A stretch of DNA of 64,000 bases from Vulcanimicrobiota bacterium. Lineage in GTDB: Bacteria; Vulcanimicrobiota; Xenobia; Xenobiales; JADMJV01. This document shows positions 1 to 9,920 of this stretch, piece by piece. Under the pieces are notes generated by a model. That model was not told the DNA's origin. It saw nothing but the letters and a program-made list of their open reading frames with translations, and did not search any database. The stretch is from NCBI GenBank assembly GCA_050250895.1, contig JBFWNU010000010.1, forward strand, positions 133,696-197,695. The letters run 5' to 3'. The position numbers and the translations under genes were made by a program. Every line of letters starts with the position of its first letter. Positions within the stretch are counted from its first letter, which is position 1.

Positions 1-459
1 ACTTTGCTCGGTGAGTTTGTCAAAGATGCGGCGCACCTCTCCGGTGGGGATCTCGGCGTGGACGCCGATCAGGACCAGGCCGGCCAGTTCGACCCGTCCA
101 CGCATGGCCAGAACCAGAGCGGCGATGCCGCCGTCCGAGTGGCCAATCACCAGGGGCCTATCCAGGCTGGTGGCCTGGATGACCTCTTCGGCGTCTGCCG
201 CCAACCTCGAGTAGGTGAGTGGCTCGTCCCCCAAAGTCGAGGCTCCGTGGCCTCGGGTGTCGAGGCCCACCATCGGGTGTGCGCCCAAATGGGGCAGCAG
301 GGGCCCAAAGTCCTCCAGGCTGCCCAGGCCGCCGTGCAGGAGCAGCAAGGGACGTCCGCAGTCGGGACCTCTCCGCTCCAGATGAAGGTCGGCGCCGTAA
401 ACTGGGATAACTCGCCCCGCGGTGTGGGCCCACGGTGGGGTGGTGGCGATGGTCTTCAT
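1..459 (-). CDS. Alpha/beta hydrolase, 3' end runs off the window
   Basis: Manual translation from ATG 459: MKTIATT...LLLLHGGLGS...GLDTRGHGAS...VIGHSDGG. Shows the HG oxyanion motif, the DxRGHG motif and a GxSxG nucleophile elbow. Not in the ORF track. Confidence 0.85.
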   Translation of the reverse strand, partial: MKTIATTPPWAHTAGRVIPVYGADLHLERRGPDCGRPLLLLHGGLGSLEDFGPLLPHLGAHPMVGLDTRGHGASTLGDEPLTYSRLAADAEEVIQATSLDRPLVIGHSDGGIAALVLAMRGRVELAGLVLIGVHAEIPTGEVRRIFDKLTEQS

Positions 460-521
460 GAGGCCAGTCTGGCCCAAGGGCGCGGTAGCGGCTACCCGCT
501 CTGGGATAAAGGGGCGGTATT

Positions 522-926
522 CTAAATCCAGCCCTGGCTGCCGAGCCAACCCTCGGCGGCTTCGACCACGTTCTCGGCGGTGTTGAGGGCTTCTTCGGCC
601 ATGGCCTGGGTGAAAACGGCGGCGGCGTCATAGGTTGCTCGCTGGCGCTGAGCTTGCAGCACGGCCAGATGGTTGCCCACTTCTGGCGCGAGCAACCCGG
701 GACGGATAAAGAGCAGGCTCAAGCGGGTCAGAAGGCCAGAATGGGTGCGGGGCTCTTCTTCCTGGGAGAGCAGCAGGGCTCGAGCCGAGTGAAATCCACA
801 GTAGTAGGCGTGGCCGACGGCCCCCGAGTAGCTGCCGGCGGCCAGCAAGGTGCGGCCATCGGCTAATTCCTGGCGGGCCTTTTCGAGGGCCAGGGCCAGG
901 TTGCGTCGGCGATTGGCCTCGGTCAT
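522..926 (-). CDS. HEPN domain protein (HEPN-MNT toxin-antitoxin component)
   Basis: AYYCGFHSARALL, PRTHSGLL and RQRATY (Rx4Y); overlaps the upstream MNT gene by 4 nt. Confidence 0.85.
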   Translation of the reverse strand: MTEANRRRNLALALEKARQELADGRTLLAAGSYSGAVGHAYYCGFHSARALLLSQEEEPRTHSGLLTRLSLLFIRPGLLAPEVGNHLAVLQAQRQRATYDAAAVFTQAMAEEALNTAENVVEAAEGWLGSQGWI

Positions 927-1249
927 ATCGGCACGCCTTCGGTCTCGAGATCGCGGGCCAGTCGCACTTCGCGGTCTTTGAGGTCGCCGTAGTGCTCGAC
1001 ATCCATCACCAGCGGGCAGAGGGCGAAGGGCAGTTCCATCTCGAGCAGCAGGGCGCTGGCCTCGCCGACCACGGGCGCCAGCCAGGCCGCTTCGTCAGAG
1101 TCGACCAGCACGAAGACATCGAGGTCTGACTCGGCGTGGGCATCACCACGCACTCGCGAACCGAAAAGGCGCAGCTCGACCAGGTGCTCGCCGAGCAGCG
1201 CTTCCAGCCGCTGACGGAACCGTCGGCCCACCTGAAGAGCCAAGCTCAT
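923..1249 (-). CDS. Minimal nucleotidyltransferase (MNT)
   Basis: LFGSRVRGDAHAESDLDVFV (GS...DxD); probable ATG at 1249. Confidence 0.85.
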   Translation of the reverse strand: MSLALQVGRRFRQRLEALLGEHLVELRLFGSRVRGDAHAESDLDVFVLVDSDEAAWLAPVVGEASALLLEMELPFALCPLVMDVEHYGDLKDREVRLARDLETEGVPI

Positions 1250-1308
1250 AGGAGAATCTTCGACGAGGGCAGGTGGTCGGCCCTCTAGGGGCAATTATCG
1301 CAGCGGGA

Positions 1309-2379
1309 CTAACGGCTTTCGAACAGGGCAGGATGGATGAGAATGTACTCGACCGCCCGGTACGAGGTTGGCTTTCCGCCATTTGGACGTCCATAGACTG
1401 CCCGTGCATAGACAGCCAGGGCAAGACGCTTGTAATACAGGCGCATGGCACTTTTTAATTCTTCTCCGCCATCGGCCTGTCCTAGAGCCTCGGTGAGCGA
1501 ATCCAACTTGGCCTGGAAACCAAATTCCGTCCCTCCGACCTGGAGGCTCTCGCCTTTGACGGCGAACACCCGCCCCTCGTCGTCATAAGCAACCACGATG
1601 GTTTCATAATCAAAGGCTTCGAGGTTGTGAGGCCCAACCGTGATCTTACTCCGTGAGTAGGGAACGCCCAGGCGTTCTTCAACCGACTTGCGCGACTGGC
1701 CAATTTTGACGCCCGAGATGCTGAGTCCAGGGGCAGGCTTCGCTTTCGAACCCTTGGTCGAGGGACGGACCGGCTTTGTTTTGGCCAGATGTGCCTCGGT
1801 GGTGGCGCGAGTGAGCTTGAATAGTCGCCGGTCCACCAGGATGTATTCAGCGCTAAAATAGTGTAGCGTGTCATGGCCAATCAATACGGTCAGTCCTAGA
1901 CGCGAATAGACCATGGTATTCGCGCCGATGAGATCGTCGGTCGCATCGGGCCGGCCGAGGTTCTGCACCAGAGTGTCAAGACTCTCGCCCCGTCGCAAGC
2001 GTTTATCTCCGTAGGCGAGGATTTCGCCTCTGACGGCGATGACCCGCCCCTCTTCATCGAAGGCGACCACGCTTCTCCCGTAGCCATAGGCGTCACGTTT
2101 CTTGTCGCCGACCAGCATTTGGGTTCGACCGTTGTGTTTGCCATAGCGGGCTTCGACCGAGGTCTTGCTATCACCGATGGAAATGTTGTCGACAGCGAGA
2201 GTTTGGGTCTTTGCGTCGGTCGGCCTGACGATGACGATTGAAACCAAGAGAGCGAGGATAAAGGTCAGACTTCTCACCAGGGCTGATTTCGCTACCGGAT
2301 CGTTTCCTCTCCTTCTCCCAGTCGAGGCAACCAGTCCTAAGGCCGGGGCCGAGTGGCTCTTCGACGGCGGGTCGTTCAT
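1309..2379 (-). CDS. Exported protein with two tandem copies of a ~125-aa domain (SmpA/BLIP-like fold suspected)
   Basis: Hydrophobic segment LTFILALLVSIVIV; repeats ISIGDSKTSVEARYG...AFDEEGRVIAVRGE and VKIGQSRKSVEERLG...AYDDEGRVFAVKGE. Start uncertain (ATG 2379 or GTG 2277). Confidence 0.65.
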   Translation of the reverse strand: MNDPPSKSHSAPALGLVASTGRRRGNDPVAKSALVRSLTFILALLVSIVIVRPTDAKTQTLAVDNISIGDSKTSVEARYGKHNGRTQMLVGDKKRDAYGYGRSVVAFDEEGRVIAVRGEILAYGDKRLRRGESLDTLVQNLGRPDATDDLIGANTMVYSRLGLTVLIGHDTLHYFSAEYILVDRRLFKLTRATTEAHLAKTKPVRPSTKGSKAKPAPGLSISGVKIGQSRKSVEERLGVPYSRSKITVGPHNLEAFDYETIVVAYDDEGRVFAVKGESLQVGGTEFGFQAKLDSLTEALGQADGGEELKSAMRLYYKRLALAVYARAVYGRPNGGKPTSYRAVEYILIHPALFESR

Positions 2380-2476
2380 CGATTCCAAACCTCCAGGAGG
2401 GAGGCCTCGGGCTGGGTCTCGAATGGTTGGGATCCGGTCGCGCCGCGACCCATATCCTGTCAGAAAAGGGGGGCCG

Positions 2477-3805
2477 ATGAAGCCTACGCCCGAGCAAATC
2501 CAAGCCAATTTCGCCGATATCAAACCACCCCTGTCGGACGATCACGCCGTCATCGAGGCCAACCGCTGCCTCTATTGCTATGACGCCCCGTGCGCCCAGG
2601 CGTGTCCCACGCATATCGACATTCCCGAGTTCATCCGGCGCATCGGCTCGGGCAACCTGGTGGGTTCGGCTCAGACGATCCTCGAGGCCAACATTCTGGG
2701 GGCCAGTTGTGCTCGCGTCTGCCCCACCGAAGTGCTTTGCGAAGGGGCGTGCGTCTATCACGACCTCAAGATGCCGGCCATCGACATCGGTCGACTGCAA
2801 CGCTACGCCACCGATCACGTGATGGAAAACGACATCCAGGTCTTTGCCGCACCCCCCATCAAGACTGGCTCGGTGGCTCTGGTCGGGGGCGGCCCGGCCA
2901 GTCTCGCCTGCGCCGCCGAACTGGGGCTGCTGGGAATCAAGGCCGTGGTGTATGACGACAAGCCCGAGCCCGGCGGGCTCAATCGCTACGGCATCGCTCC
3001 CTATAAGCTGACCAATGAAGAAGCCCTCGACGAGGTGTCTTACCTGCAGAAAATGTGCGGCTTCGAGATCAAGAGCGGGGTCCGTGTCGGCCGCGACATC
3101 AGCTTTGCCGAGCTCGAGCAAGAGCATGACGCCATCTTTCTGGGGGTCGGGCTCTCCAGCAGCCGGCCCATGGGCGTGCCCGGCGAAGACATGCAGGGCG
3201 TGGTGGGAGCCACCGAATTCATCGAAGAACTGCGCTCCAAGCCGATGCACGAGACCAGGGTCGGACCCAAGGTGGTGGTGGTCGGGGCCGGCAACACCGC
3301 CATCGACGCCGCTACGGAAGCCTCTCGCCTGGGGGCCGAAGAGGTGACCATCGTCTACCGCCGCGGCAAGGACGAGATGCCAGCCTATGAGTTCGAGTAT
3401 CATCTCGCTCTGCAAGACAAGGTGCGTTTCTGCTGGTTCACCCAGCCGGTCGAAGTGGTCGGCAATGGCAAAGTGACGGGTCTCAAATGCCAGCAGATGC
3501 AGGCCGGCGAGCCCGACGCCTCGGGTCGTCCGCGCCCGGTGCCGGTGCCCGGGTCAGACTTCGTGATCGAGGCCGACACCGTCATCAAGGCGACCGGTCA
3601 GGTTACCCACGACCTGCTCGCCACCATCGACGGCCTGGAACTCAAGTGGGGACTGGTGGTCGTCAACGACGACTATCAAACGACCAATCCTCGCTACTAT
3701 GCCGGTGGCGACTGCATCAACGGCGGTAAAGAGGTGGTCAACGCCGTAGCTCACGGCAAGAAGGCCGCTGCCGCTATCGCTCGCAAAATCAAAGGAGGTG
3801 CCTAA
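2477..3805 (+). CDS. preT: NAD-dependent dihydropyrimidine dehydrogenase, GltD-like subunit
   Basis: EANRCLYCYDAPCAQACP, RVCPTEVLCEGAC, two Rossmann motifs and GGDCING; coupled to preA. ATG 2477 follows a G-rich RBS. Confidence 0.9.
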   Translation: MKPTPEQIQANFADIKPPLSDDHAVIEANRCLYCYDAPCAQACPTHIDIPEFIRRIGSGNLVGSAQTILEANILGASCARVCPTEVLCEGACVYHDLKMPAIDIGRLQRYATDHVMENDIQVFAAPPIKTGSVALVGGGPASLACAAELGLLGIKAVVYDDKPEPGGLNRYGIAPYKLTNEEALDEVSYLQKMCGFEIKSGVRVGRDISFAELEQEHDAIFLGVGLSSSRPMGVPGEDMQGVVGATEFIEELRSKPMHETRVGPKVVVVGAGNTAIDAATEASRLGAEEVTIVYRRGKDEMPAYEFEYHLALQDKVRFCWFTQPVEVVGNGKVTGLKCQQMQAGEPDASGRPRPVPVPGSDFVIEADTVIKATGQVTHDLLATIDGLELKWGLVVVNDDYQTTNPRYYAGGDCINGGKEVVNAVAHGKKAAAAIARKIKGGA

Positions 3806-5079
3806 TGGCCGATCTGTCCATCAACTTCGCAGGAATCAAATCGCCCAACCCGTTTTGGCTGGCCTCGGCCCCTCCCACCAACTCGGCCTACCAGATCCAC
3901 CGGGCCTTCGAGGCTGGCTGGGGCGGGGCCGTCTGGAAGACCATCGGGGCCCCCATCGTCAACGTCAATTCTCGCTATGGGGCTCTTTCTTATCGCGGCC
4001 ACAAGGTGATGGGCTTCAATAACATCGAACTCATCACCGACCGGCCGGTCGAAGACAATCTGCGCGAGATCAAAGAGGTCAAAGAGCGCTGGCCCGACCG
4101 GGCCGTGATCGCTTCGCTGATGGTCGAATCCAACCGCGAGGCCTGGCACGACATTGTCAACAAGGTTCACGACACCGGAGCCGACGGCATCGAACTGAAC
4201 TTTGGCTGCCCTCACGGCATGTCCGAGCGCGGCATGGGGTCGGCCGTCGGCCAGGTGCCCGAGTATTGCTGCCAGATCACCGAGTGGGTGATGGAAGCGG
4301 CCAAGATCCCGGTGATTGTGAAGCTGACCCCCAACGTCGGCAACATCTTGCCTCCGGGGATGGCCGCCCAGAAAGGCGGAGCTGACGCCGTTTCGCTGAT
4401 CAACACCATCAACTCGGTGACCGGGGTCGACCTCGACACTCTCATTCCCAATCCCAATGTCCACGGCAAGTCGGCCCACGGCGGCTATTGCGGCCCCGCG
4501 GTGCGACCCATCGCTCTCAACATGGTCGGCACCCTGGCCCACGACCCCGGTTTCAACCTGCCCATCTCGGGCATCGGCGGCATCGAGACCTGGCGGGATG
4601 CCGCCGAGTTCATCTTGATGGGAGCCAGCAGCGTCCAGGTCTGCACGGCCGTCATGAAGCACGGCTTTCGCATCGTCTCCGACATGGTCACCGGGCTCTC
4701 GCGCTGGATGGACGAGAAGGGCTTCAAGACCATCAACGACTTCGCCGGCCTGTCGTCAGGACGGCTGTCGGATTGGGGCGACCTCGACCTCAACTATCGC
4801 ATCATCGCCAACATCAATCCCGACAAGTGTATCGGTTGCCAGGTCTGCTATATCGCCTGCGAAGACGGAGCCCACCAGGCCATCCTGCTCTCGGGCAACG
4901 GCACCCGGGTGCCCAAGATCAACGAAGAGGCCTGCGTGGGTTGCAACCTGTGCAGTCTCGTCTGTCCGGTCGAGGGTTGCATCACCATGGTGCGCCAGGA
5001 GCAGGGCCTGCCGGTCAAATCCCACAACGACTTCGTGCACGCCGGCGAGACGCCCCAGGGTAACTATCCCAAACACTGA
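3805..5079 (+). CDS. preA: Dihydropyrimidine dehydrogenase subunit PreA
   Basis: NPFWLASAPP, NNIELITDR, ELNFGCPHGMSERGMG and a C-terminal 2x[4Fe-4S] domain. Confidence 0.95.
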   Translation: MADLSINFAGIKSPNPFWLASAPPTNSAYQIHRAFEAGWGGAVWKTIGAPIVNVNSRYGALSYRGHKVMGFNNIELITDRPVEDNLREIKEVKERWPDRAVIASLMVESNREAWHDIVNKVHDTGADGIELNFGCPHGMSERGMGSAVGQVPEYCCQITEWVMEAAKIPVIVKLTPNVGNILPPGMAAQKGGADAVSLINTINSVTGVDLDTLIPNPNVHGKSAHGGYCGPAVRPIALNMVGTLAHDPGFNLPISGIGGIETWRDAAEFILMGASSVQVCTAVMKHGFRIVSDMVTGLSRWMDEKGFKTINDFAGLSSGRLSDWGDLDLNYRIIANINPDKCIGCQVCYIACEDGAHQAILLSGNGTRVPKINEEACVGCNLCSLVCPVEGCITMVRQEQGLPVKSHNDFVHAGETPQGNYPKH

Positions 5080-5085
5080 GGGGAG

Positions 5086-5269
5086 CAGCGACTGCGTCGC
5101 TGAGAATAGGAGCGAGCCTTCGGCCCGGGATTTCGCCCTTCGGGCGACGAGGAGCGGCTGGCGCCGAGAGCTTTGCTCGAGATGAGCGACAGCTCATCTC
5201 GCTCCGTTCTCGTGCCGTAGGCACGCTCCCGCTCTCCGGCGAAGCCGGCTCCTTGGCCGCGAAGCGGCC
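5086..5269. repeat. Multi-hairpin intergenic element (REP/MITE-like)
   Basis: At least six hairpins, e.g. cagcgac-tgc-gtcgctg, tcgccc-ttc-gggcga, cgagatgagc-gaca-gctcatctcg, ggccgc-gaa-gcggcc, between convergent genes. Confidence 0.6.
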
Positions 5270-5270
5270 T

Positions 5271-6014
5271 CTACGGAAGGGCCCCGCCGTCCACGCTCAG
5301 GATGTGGCCGGTGACATAGGACGATTCGTCCGAGGCCAGCCAGAGATAGGCGTTGGCGATCTCTTCGGGTTTGCCCATGCGGCCCAGGGGCACGCGGGCT
5401 TTGAGCTGGTCCATCACCTTGTCGGGAATGCCTTCGGTCATGCGGGTCTCGATGAAGCCGGGCGCGACGGCGTTGACGCGGATGCCTTTGCGGCCAAGTT
5501 CGCGGGCCCAGGTGCGGGTCATGCCGATGACGCCTGATTTGGTGGCCACGTAGTTGGTCTGACCGAAGTTGCCATAGATACCGACCACCGAAGAGGCGTT
5601 GAGCACCACTCCTTTGCCTTGTTCGACCATCGTGGGCACGATGGCCTGGGTGCAGTTGAACACGCCCTTGAGATTGACATCGACCACGAAGTCGAAGTCC
5701 TCTGGCGACATCTTGAGCAGCTGGGCGTCGCGAATGACGCCGGCGTTGTTGACCAGGATGTCGATGCGCTTGAGTTTCTCCAGCGTATGTTCGACCATGG
5801 CCTGGACCGACTCGCGGTCGGTGACATTGACCTGCACGGCCATGGCGGCCGGGCCGATGGCCTGAGTGGTCTCGCGGGCCACCTCGATTTCCATGTCGGC
5901 CACGACCACTTTCGCCCCCTCGCGCGCGAACAGTTCGGCGGTAGCCCGCCCGATACCCCGCCCGCCCCCGGTGATGATGGCTACTCTATCTTTCAGTCTC
6001 ATCATGAACTCCAT
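5271..6014 (-). CDS. fabG: SDR family oxidoreductase (3-oxoacyl-ACP/acetoacetyl-CoA reductase-like)
   Basis: TGGGRGIG, NNAG, GNFGQTNYVATK (YxxxK) and VAPGFIET. Confidence 0.85.
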   Translation of the reverse strand: MEFMMRLKDRVAIITGGGRGIGRATAELFAREGAKVVVADMEIEVARETTQAIGPAAMAVQVNVTDRESVQAMVEHTLEKLKRIDILVNNAGVIRDAQLLKMSPEDFDFVVDVNLKGVFNCTQAIVPTMVEQGKGVVLNASSVVGIYGNFGQTNYVATKSGVIGMTRTWARELGRKGIRVNAVAPGFIETRMTEGIPDKVMDQLKARVPLGRMGKPEEIANAYLWLASDESSYVTGHILSVDGGALP

Positions 6015-6129
6015 TCCATCCCCCCGGGACAATTTCTTTCAAGATCGTTGCAGTGTGGTTACACGGGGTGCGTCTTTAGCGAATGTGCGTTGCCTTGTTG
6101 GGGCGGCCAGGCTGTGTTATGAACAGACG

Positions 6130-7581
6130 ATGGCGCGCAAGAAAACTCGATTCATCTGTCAGGAATGTGGAGCCCAGTCGGCCAAGTGGCAGGGTCGCTG
6201 CTTGGATTGCGGGGGCTGGAACACCCTGGAAGAGGAAGAGATTTTGCCCGAGGGCCGCGGCCACGGGATGGCTTTGCACCTCGATGGGCAGGCCCAGGTG
6301 GTGGCCATTGAAGAGGTCGACACCGAGCAAGAGAACCGTTTCACCACCGGGATCGATGAGTTGGATCGGGTGCTGGGCGGCGGGGTGGTGCCGGGCTCGC
6401 TGCTGTTATTGGGAGGGCCGCCAGGGGTCGGTAAGTCGACCCTGCTGTTGCAGATGGCTCGCACTCTCGCCGGCACCCGTCCGCCGGTATTGTACGTCAG
6501 CGGCGAAGAGAGCCCGCGCCAGATCCGCATGCGAGCCGACCGGTTGGGGGCTGCCACCAAAGGCATTCTGTTGTTGGGAGAGACCCGGCTCGAGGCGATC
6601 GAGAGTCACCTTCGCGAGATCAAGCCGGGACTGGTGCTGGTCGACTCGATCCAGACGCTTTTTCGCAGCGACCTGGCGCCCGCTCCGGGCAGCGTCACCC
6701 AGGTGCGCGAGTGCGCCGCCAACCTGATGCGCATGGCCAAGGCGACCTCCACGCCCGTGGTGCTGGTGGGGCACTTCACCAAGGACGGTCAACTGGCCGG
6801 GCCGCGGGTGCTCGAGCATCTGGTCGACACCGTGCTCAGTTTCGAGGGCGAAGGCCTGCAGCATGTGCGGGCTCTGCGAGCGACCAAGAACCGCTTCGGG
6901 CCCAGTCACGAGGTGGGGCTGTTCGAGATGGGGCCCGAGGGCCTGACGGCGATCCCCGATGCCAGCGCCTTCTTCTTGTCGCAGCGGGCCAGGGGCACTT
7001 CCGGCTCGGTGGTTTTTCCGTCGCTGGAAGGCAGCCGGCCGATGTTGGTCGAGATTCAAGCCCTGGTTAGTTCTAGCAAAGCGGCCGAGAACGGAGGGAT
7101 GGCGGCGCGTCGCTCGGTGGGTCTTGACCCCAACCGGTTGAGCCTGTTGCTAGCCGTGTTGCACAAGCGGTGCCCGGGCTTCGAGATCTGGAAACACAAT
7201 GTCTATGCCAATGTGGCCGGCGGTCTGCGGCTGGCCGAGCCAGGCCTGGACCTGCCTCTGGTGTTGGCGGTGGCCTCGAGTTGCAAAGAAACGTGCCTTG
7301 ACCCTAACCTGGCCGCGATGGGCGAGATCGGTTTGGGTGGCGAGGTCCGCCCCGTTTCTAACCTTGAGCCCCGTCTCAAAGAGCTGGCCAAGATGGGTTT
7401 CACCACCTGTCTCTTGCCGAGCAAATCGCTGGATGGCCTGAACCTGAAGGCCTTCAAGCCGCTCCAAGTCAAGGGCGTGTCCACCATCAAAGAGGCGCTG
7501 AGCGAGGCTGGCATCCCGATTCCCAGACCACGGGAGGACGAGCCGGCCCGAGAACAGCCGCGCGAGCCCGTTCCGTTCTAA
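6130..7581 (+). CDS. radA: DNA repair protein RadA/Sms
   Basis: CQECG...CLDC zinc finger, GPPGVGKST, KNRFG and a Lon-like C-terminus. Confidence 0.97.
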   Translation: MARKKTRFICQECGAQSAKWQGRCLDCGGWNTLEEEEILPEGRGHGMALHLDGQAQVVAIEEVDTEQENRFTTGIDELDRVLGGGVVPGSLLLLGGPPGVGKSTLLLQMARTLAGTRPPVLYVSGEESPRQIRMRADRLGAATKGILLLGETRLEAIESHLREIKPGLVLVDSIQTLFRSDLAPAPGSVTQVRECAANLMRMAKATSTPVVLVGHFTKDGQLAGPRVLEHLVDTVLSFEGEGLQHVRALRATKNRFGPSHEVGLFEMGPEGLTAIPDASAFFLSQRARGTSGSVVFPSLEGSRPMLVEIQALVSSSKAAENGGMAARRSVGLDPNRLSLLLAVLHKRCPGFEIWKHNVYANVAGGLRLAEPGLDLPLVLAVASSCKETCLDPNLAAMGEIGLGGEVRPVSNLEPRLKELAKMGFTTCLLPSKSLDGLNLKAFKPLQVKGVSTIKEALSEAGIPIPRPREDEPAREQPREPVPF

Positions 7582-7638
7582 CGACCAACGAAGTCTGGAG
7601 GTTTTTTCCGACTAGGGGTTAATCTCTTTAGAGAAGAC

Positions 7639-8823
7639 GTGGCTAAGATCGTCAGGGGAATGTTCTACTTCGTATTCACAGTCTTTGGGGGACTGTGTGG
7701 GTATAGCATTGCCCGCCACAGCCAGAGCTTCTACACCTCGCTTTCCGAGGCCGGGCGTATCACCAACTTCGCCGCCTTCATCCTGCTCGGCATCTTGATG
7801 GGCATCACCCTGGCTCCGGTCTTTTCCAATCTGGTCATGCGCACCGTCGATTCGGTGGCGGTGGCCCTGCAGAAACTAAGTTTGCAAGAGGTTTTGATGG
7901 GCTCGGCCGGATTGTTGTTCGGCCTCATCGTCGCCTTTTTCACCAATGTCGCCCTGCAACAGATCGACTTCTCTAGCATTCCCGCTATCGGCACCTATGT
8001 GGGCCCCTTCCTGATCGTGCTTTCGACCATCTTTCTCGGTTGTTTGGGAGCGTTTTTCGGCAGCCGGCTGATGTTTATTCACAGCTTCCGCGACATCCTC
8101 GATTCCGGGGGAGCCCGCAGCTGGGGGGGCAAGATCTTTCTGCTCGACACCAGCGTCATCATCGACGGCAGGGTGGCCGACGTGGTGGCGGCCGGCTTTC
8201 TGGAAGGCACCATGGTGGTGCCCCGTTTCGTGCTGGGCGAGCTGCAGATGAAGGCCGACTCGCATCGCGAGCTGGACCGTCAGCGGGGCCGGCGTGGGTT
8301 GGATGTGCTCGACAAGTTGCGCGACATCGCCGGCATCCAGATCGAAGACAAAGATTATCCAGAGTTGCGGGGGGTCGATCCCAAGCTGGTGCAGATGGCG
8401 CTGGACTTTCGAGCCGACCTGGTCACCAATGATTACAATCTGCAGAAGGTGGCCGCCTTGCAGAACGTCAGGGTGCTGAATATGAATGCCCTGGCGGCTT
8501 CGCTCAAGACGGTCTATCTGCCGGGCGAAGAGATCATGGTGCACCTGCTGCGCGAGGGCAAGGAGTCCAATCAGGGTGTCGGCTTCCTCGATGACGGTAC
8601 GATGATCGTGGTGGAAAAAGGGCGAGCCTATATCGGGGACATGGTGGTGGCCGAGGTGACCTCGGTGGTGCAGACCTCGGCCGGTAAGATGATTTTCGCT
8701 CGCTTTCGAGAGAAGGCAGAGTCGGTGACCATCCGCGAAGAGCAGGTGCCCGAGGTGTCGGGTCCTCAGACGGAGCCTCGCAAGTCTTCGCGAAAGAAAG
8801 CGCGGGCTTCTTCCGAGAACTGA
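7639..8823 (+). CDS. Membrane PIN/TRAM domain protein (YacL family)
   Basis: Four TM helices, LLDTSVIIDGR, TNDYNL and GVGFLDDGTMIVVE; sits between radA and ispD. Confidence 0.92.
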   Translation: MAKIVRGMFYFVFTVFGGLCGYSIARHSQSFYTSLSEAGRITNFAAFILLGILMGITLAPVFSNLVMRTVDSVAVALQKLSLQEVLMGSAGLLFGLIVAFFTNVALQQIDFSSIPAIGTYVGPFLIVLSTIFLGCLGAFFGSRLMFIHSFRDILDSGGARSWGGKIFLLDTSVIIDGRVADVVAAGFLEGTMVVPRFVLGELQMKADSHRELDRQRGRRGLDVLDKLRDIAGIQIEDKDYPELRGVDPKLVQMALDFRADLVTNDYNLQKVAALQNVRVLNMNALAASLKTVYLPGEEIMVHLLREGKESNQGVGFLDDGTMIVVEKGRAYIGDMVVAEVTSVVQTSAGKMIFARFREKAESVTIREEQVPEVSGPQTEPRKSSRKKARASSEN

Positions 8824-9515
8824 TGGCCAACTACGCCCTGGTGACGGCCGCCGGCCGCAGCCGCCGGATGGGCGGCGCCAACAAGCTTTTGCTCGAGTTC
8901 GAGGGCATGCCCGTGTTGGTCCACACCCTCCGTCGCTTCGAGCAGAGCCCGCTGATCGAGGCCATCGCGCTCTCGGCCCCGCCGGACCAGGTCGAGCTGT
9001 ACCGCCGGCTTTGCCGCGACCACGGCCTGCTGAAGGTTCGCTGGGTGGTGGCCGGAGGCAGTGAACGCCAGTATTCCATCACCAACGCGCTCGAAGAGAT
9101 GCAGATCGAGGCCGACGATCTGGTCATGATCCACGACGGAGCTCGCCCCCTGATCGACGAGTCGCTGTTGGCCAGGCTGGTGGCGGGCCTGGCGGGGGCC
9201 CAGGGGGTGCTGCCCATGCTGCCCCTCAAGGACACCATCAAGCGGGTTCACCAGGGGGTCATCGATTGCACTCTGGACCGGTCGATCCTCTTCGCCGCCC
9301 AGACCCCTCAGGTCTTTCCCTTCGGGGCGATCCGGCAGGCCCATCGGCGGGCCCGCCAGGAAGAGTTTCTGGGCACCGACGATGCCTCGCTCATCGAATG
9401 GATGGGTGGCAAAGTCGTCATGGTCGAGGGCAAGCCCACCAACATCAAGATCACGACTCCCGATGACCTGGTCTTGATGCGCGTCTATCTGGAGGCCGAG
9501 TCGGTTGGACGCTGA
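8823..9515 (+). CDS. ispD: 2-C-methyl-D-erythritol 4-phosphate cytidylyltransferase
   Basis: AAGRSRRMG, GGSERQYS, IHDGARP, AQTPQVF, TDDASL and NIKITTPDD. Confidence 0.95.
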   Translation: MANYALVTAAGRSRRMGGANKLLLEFEGMPVLVHTLRRFEQSPLIEAIALSAPPDQVELYRRLCRDHGLLKVRWVVAGGSERQYSITNALEEMQIEADDLVMIHDGARPLIDESLLARLVAGLAGAQGVLPMLPLKDTIKRVHQGVIDCTLDRSILFAAQTPQVFPFGAIRQAHRRARQEEFLGTDDASLIEWMGGKVVMVEGKPTNIKITTPDDLVLMRVYLEAESVGR

Positions 9516-9918
9516 GACCAAGCAAGCATGGGAGTATTTGCTCGAGGTGCTGGCGGCTTACGAAGAATACGTCTCCAACATTGGCAACCTGGGCCTCTCG
9601 GCCCCCAATCTGCTCTATTACAGAGACGAGGTCCAAGAGTTTCTAGACATGTTCAAGACCAACAAAGAGGTCGATTTTCGGGGTGCCTGGGAGAAGACCA
9701 AAGTTCTCGACGAGGTCGTCAAGAAGAAGGCCCAGGAGTTAGTCGACGAGATCGGCCACGCCAACTTTCGCCAGTATTACATTATGAACGACCCGCCCAA
9801 GGCCCACTGGTGGTGGTATCTCAACCGGGTTACCTCAGCCCCACCACCGCCCGCCAAAGTGTGGGAGTTCTGGAAGTGGTCGGCCCAGAATGTCGAGAGC
9901 GAGGGCGAGGCCGAGTAG
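9505..9918 (+). CDS. Hypothetical protein with Trp-rich C-terminus
   Basis: TTG start with GGAGG at 9491; overlaps ispD; motif PPKAHWWWYL. Confidence 0.75.
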   Translation: MDAETKQAWEYLLEVLAAYEEYVSNIGNLGLSAPNLLYYRDEVQEFLDMFKTNKEVDFRGAWEKTKVLDEVVKKKAQELVDEIGHANFRQYYIMNDPPKAHWWWYLNRVTSAPPPPAKVWEFWKWSAQNVESEGEAE

Positions 9919-9920
9919 TC

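Noticed and set aside
4-525. 173-aa plus-strand ORF
   Set aside because: Antisense shadow of the alpha/beta hydrolase on the minus strand.
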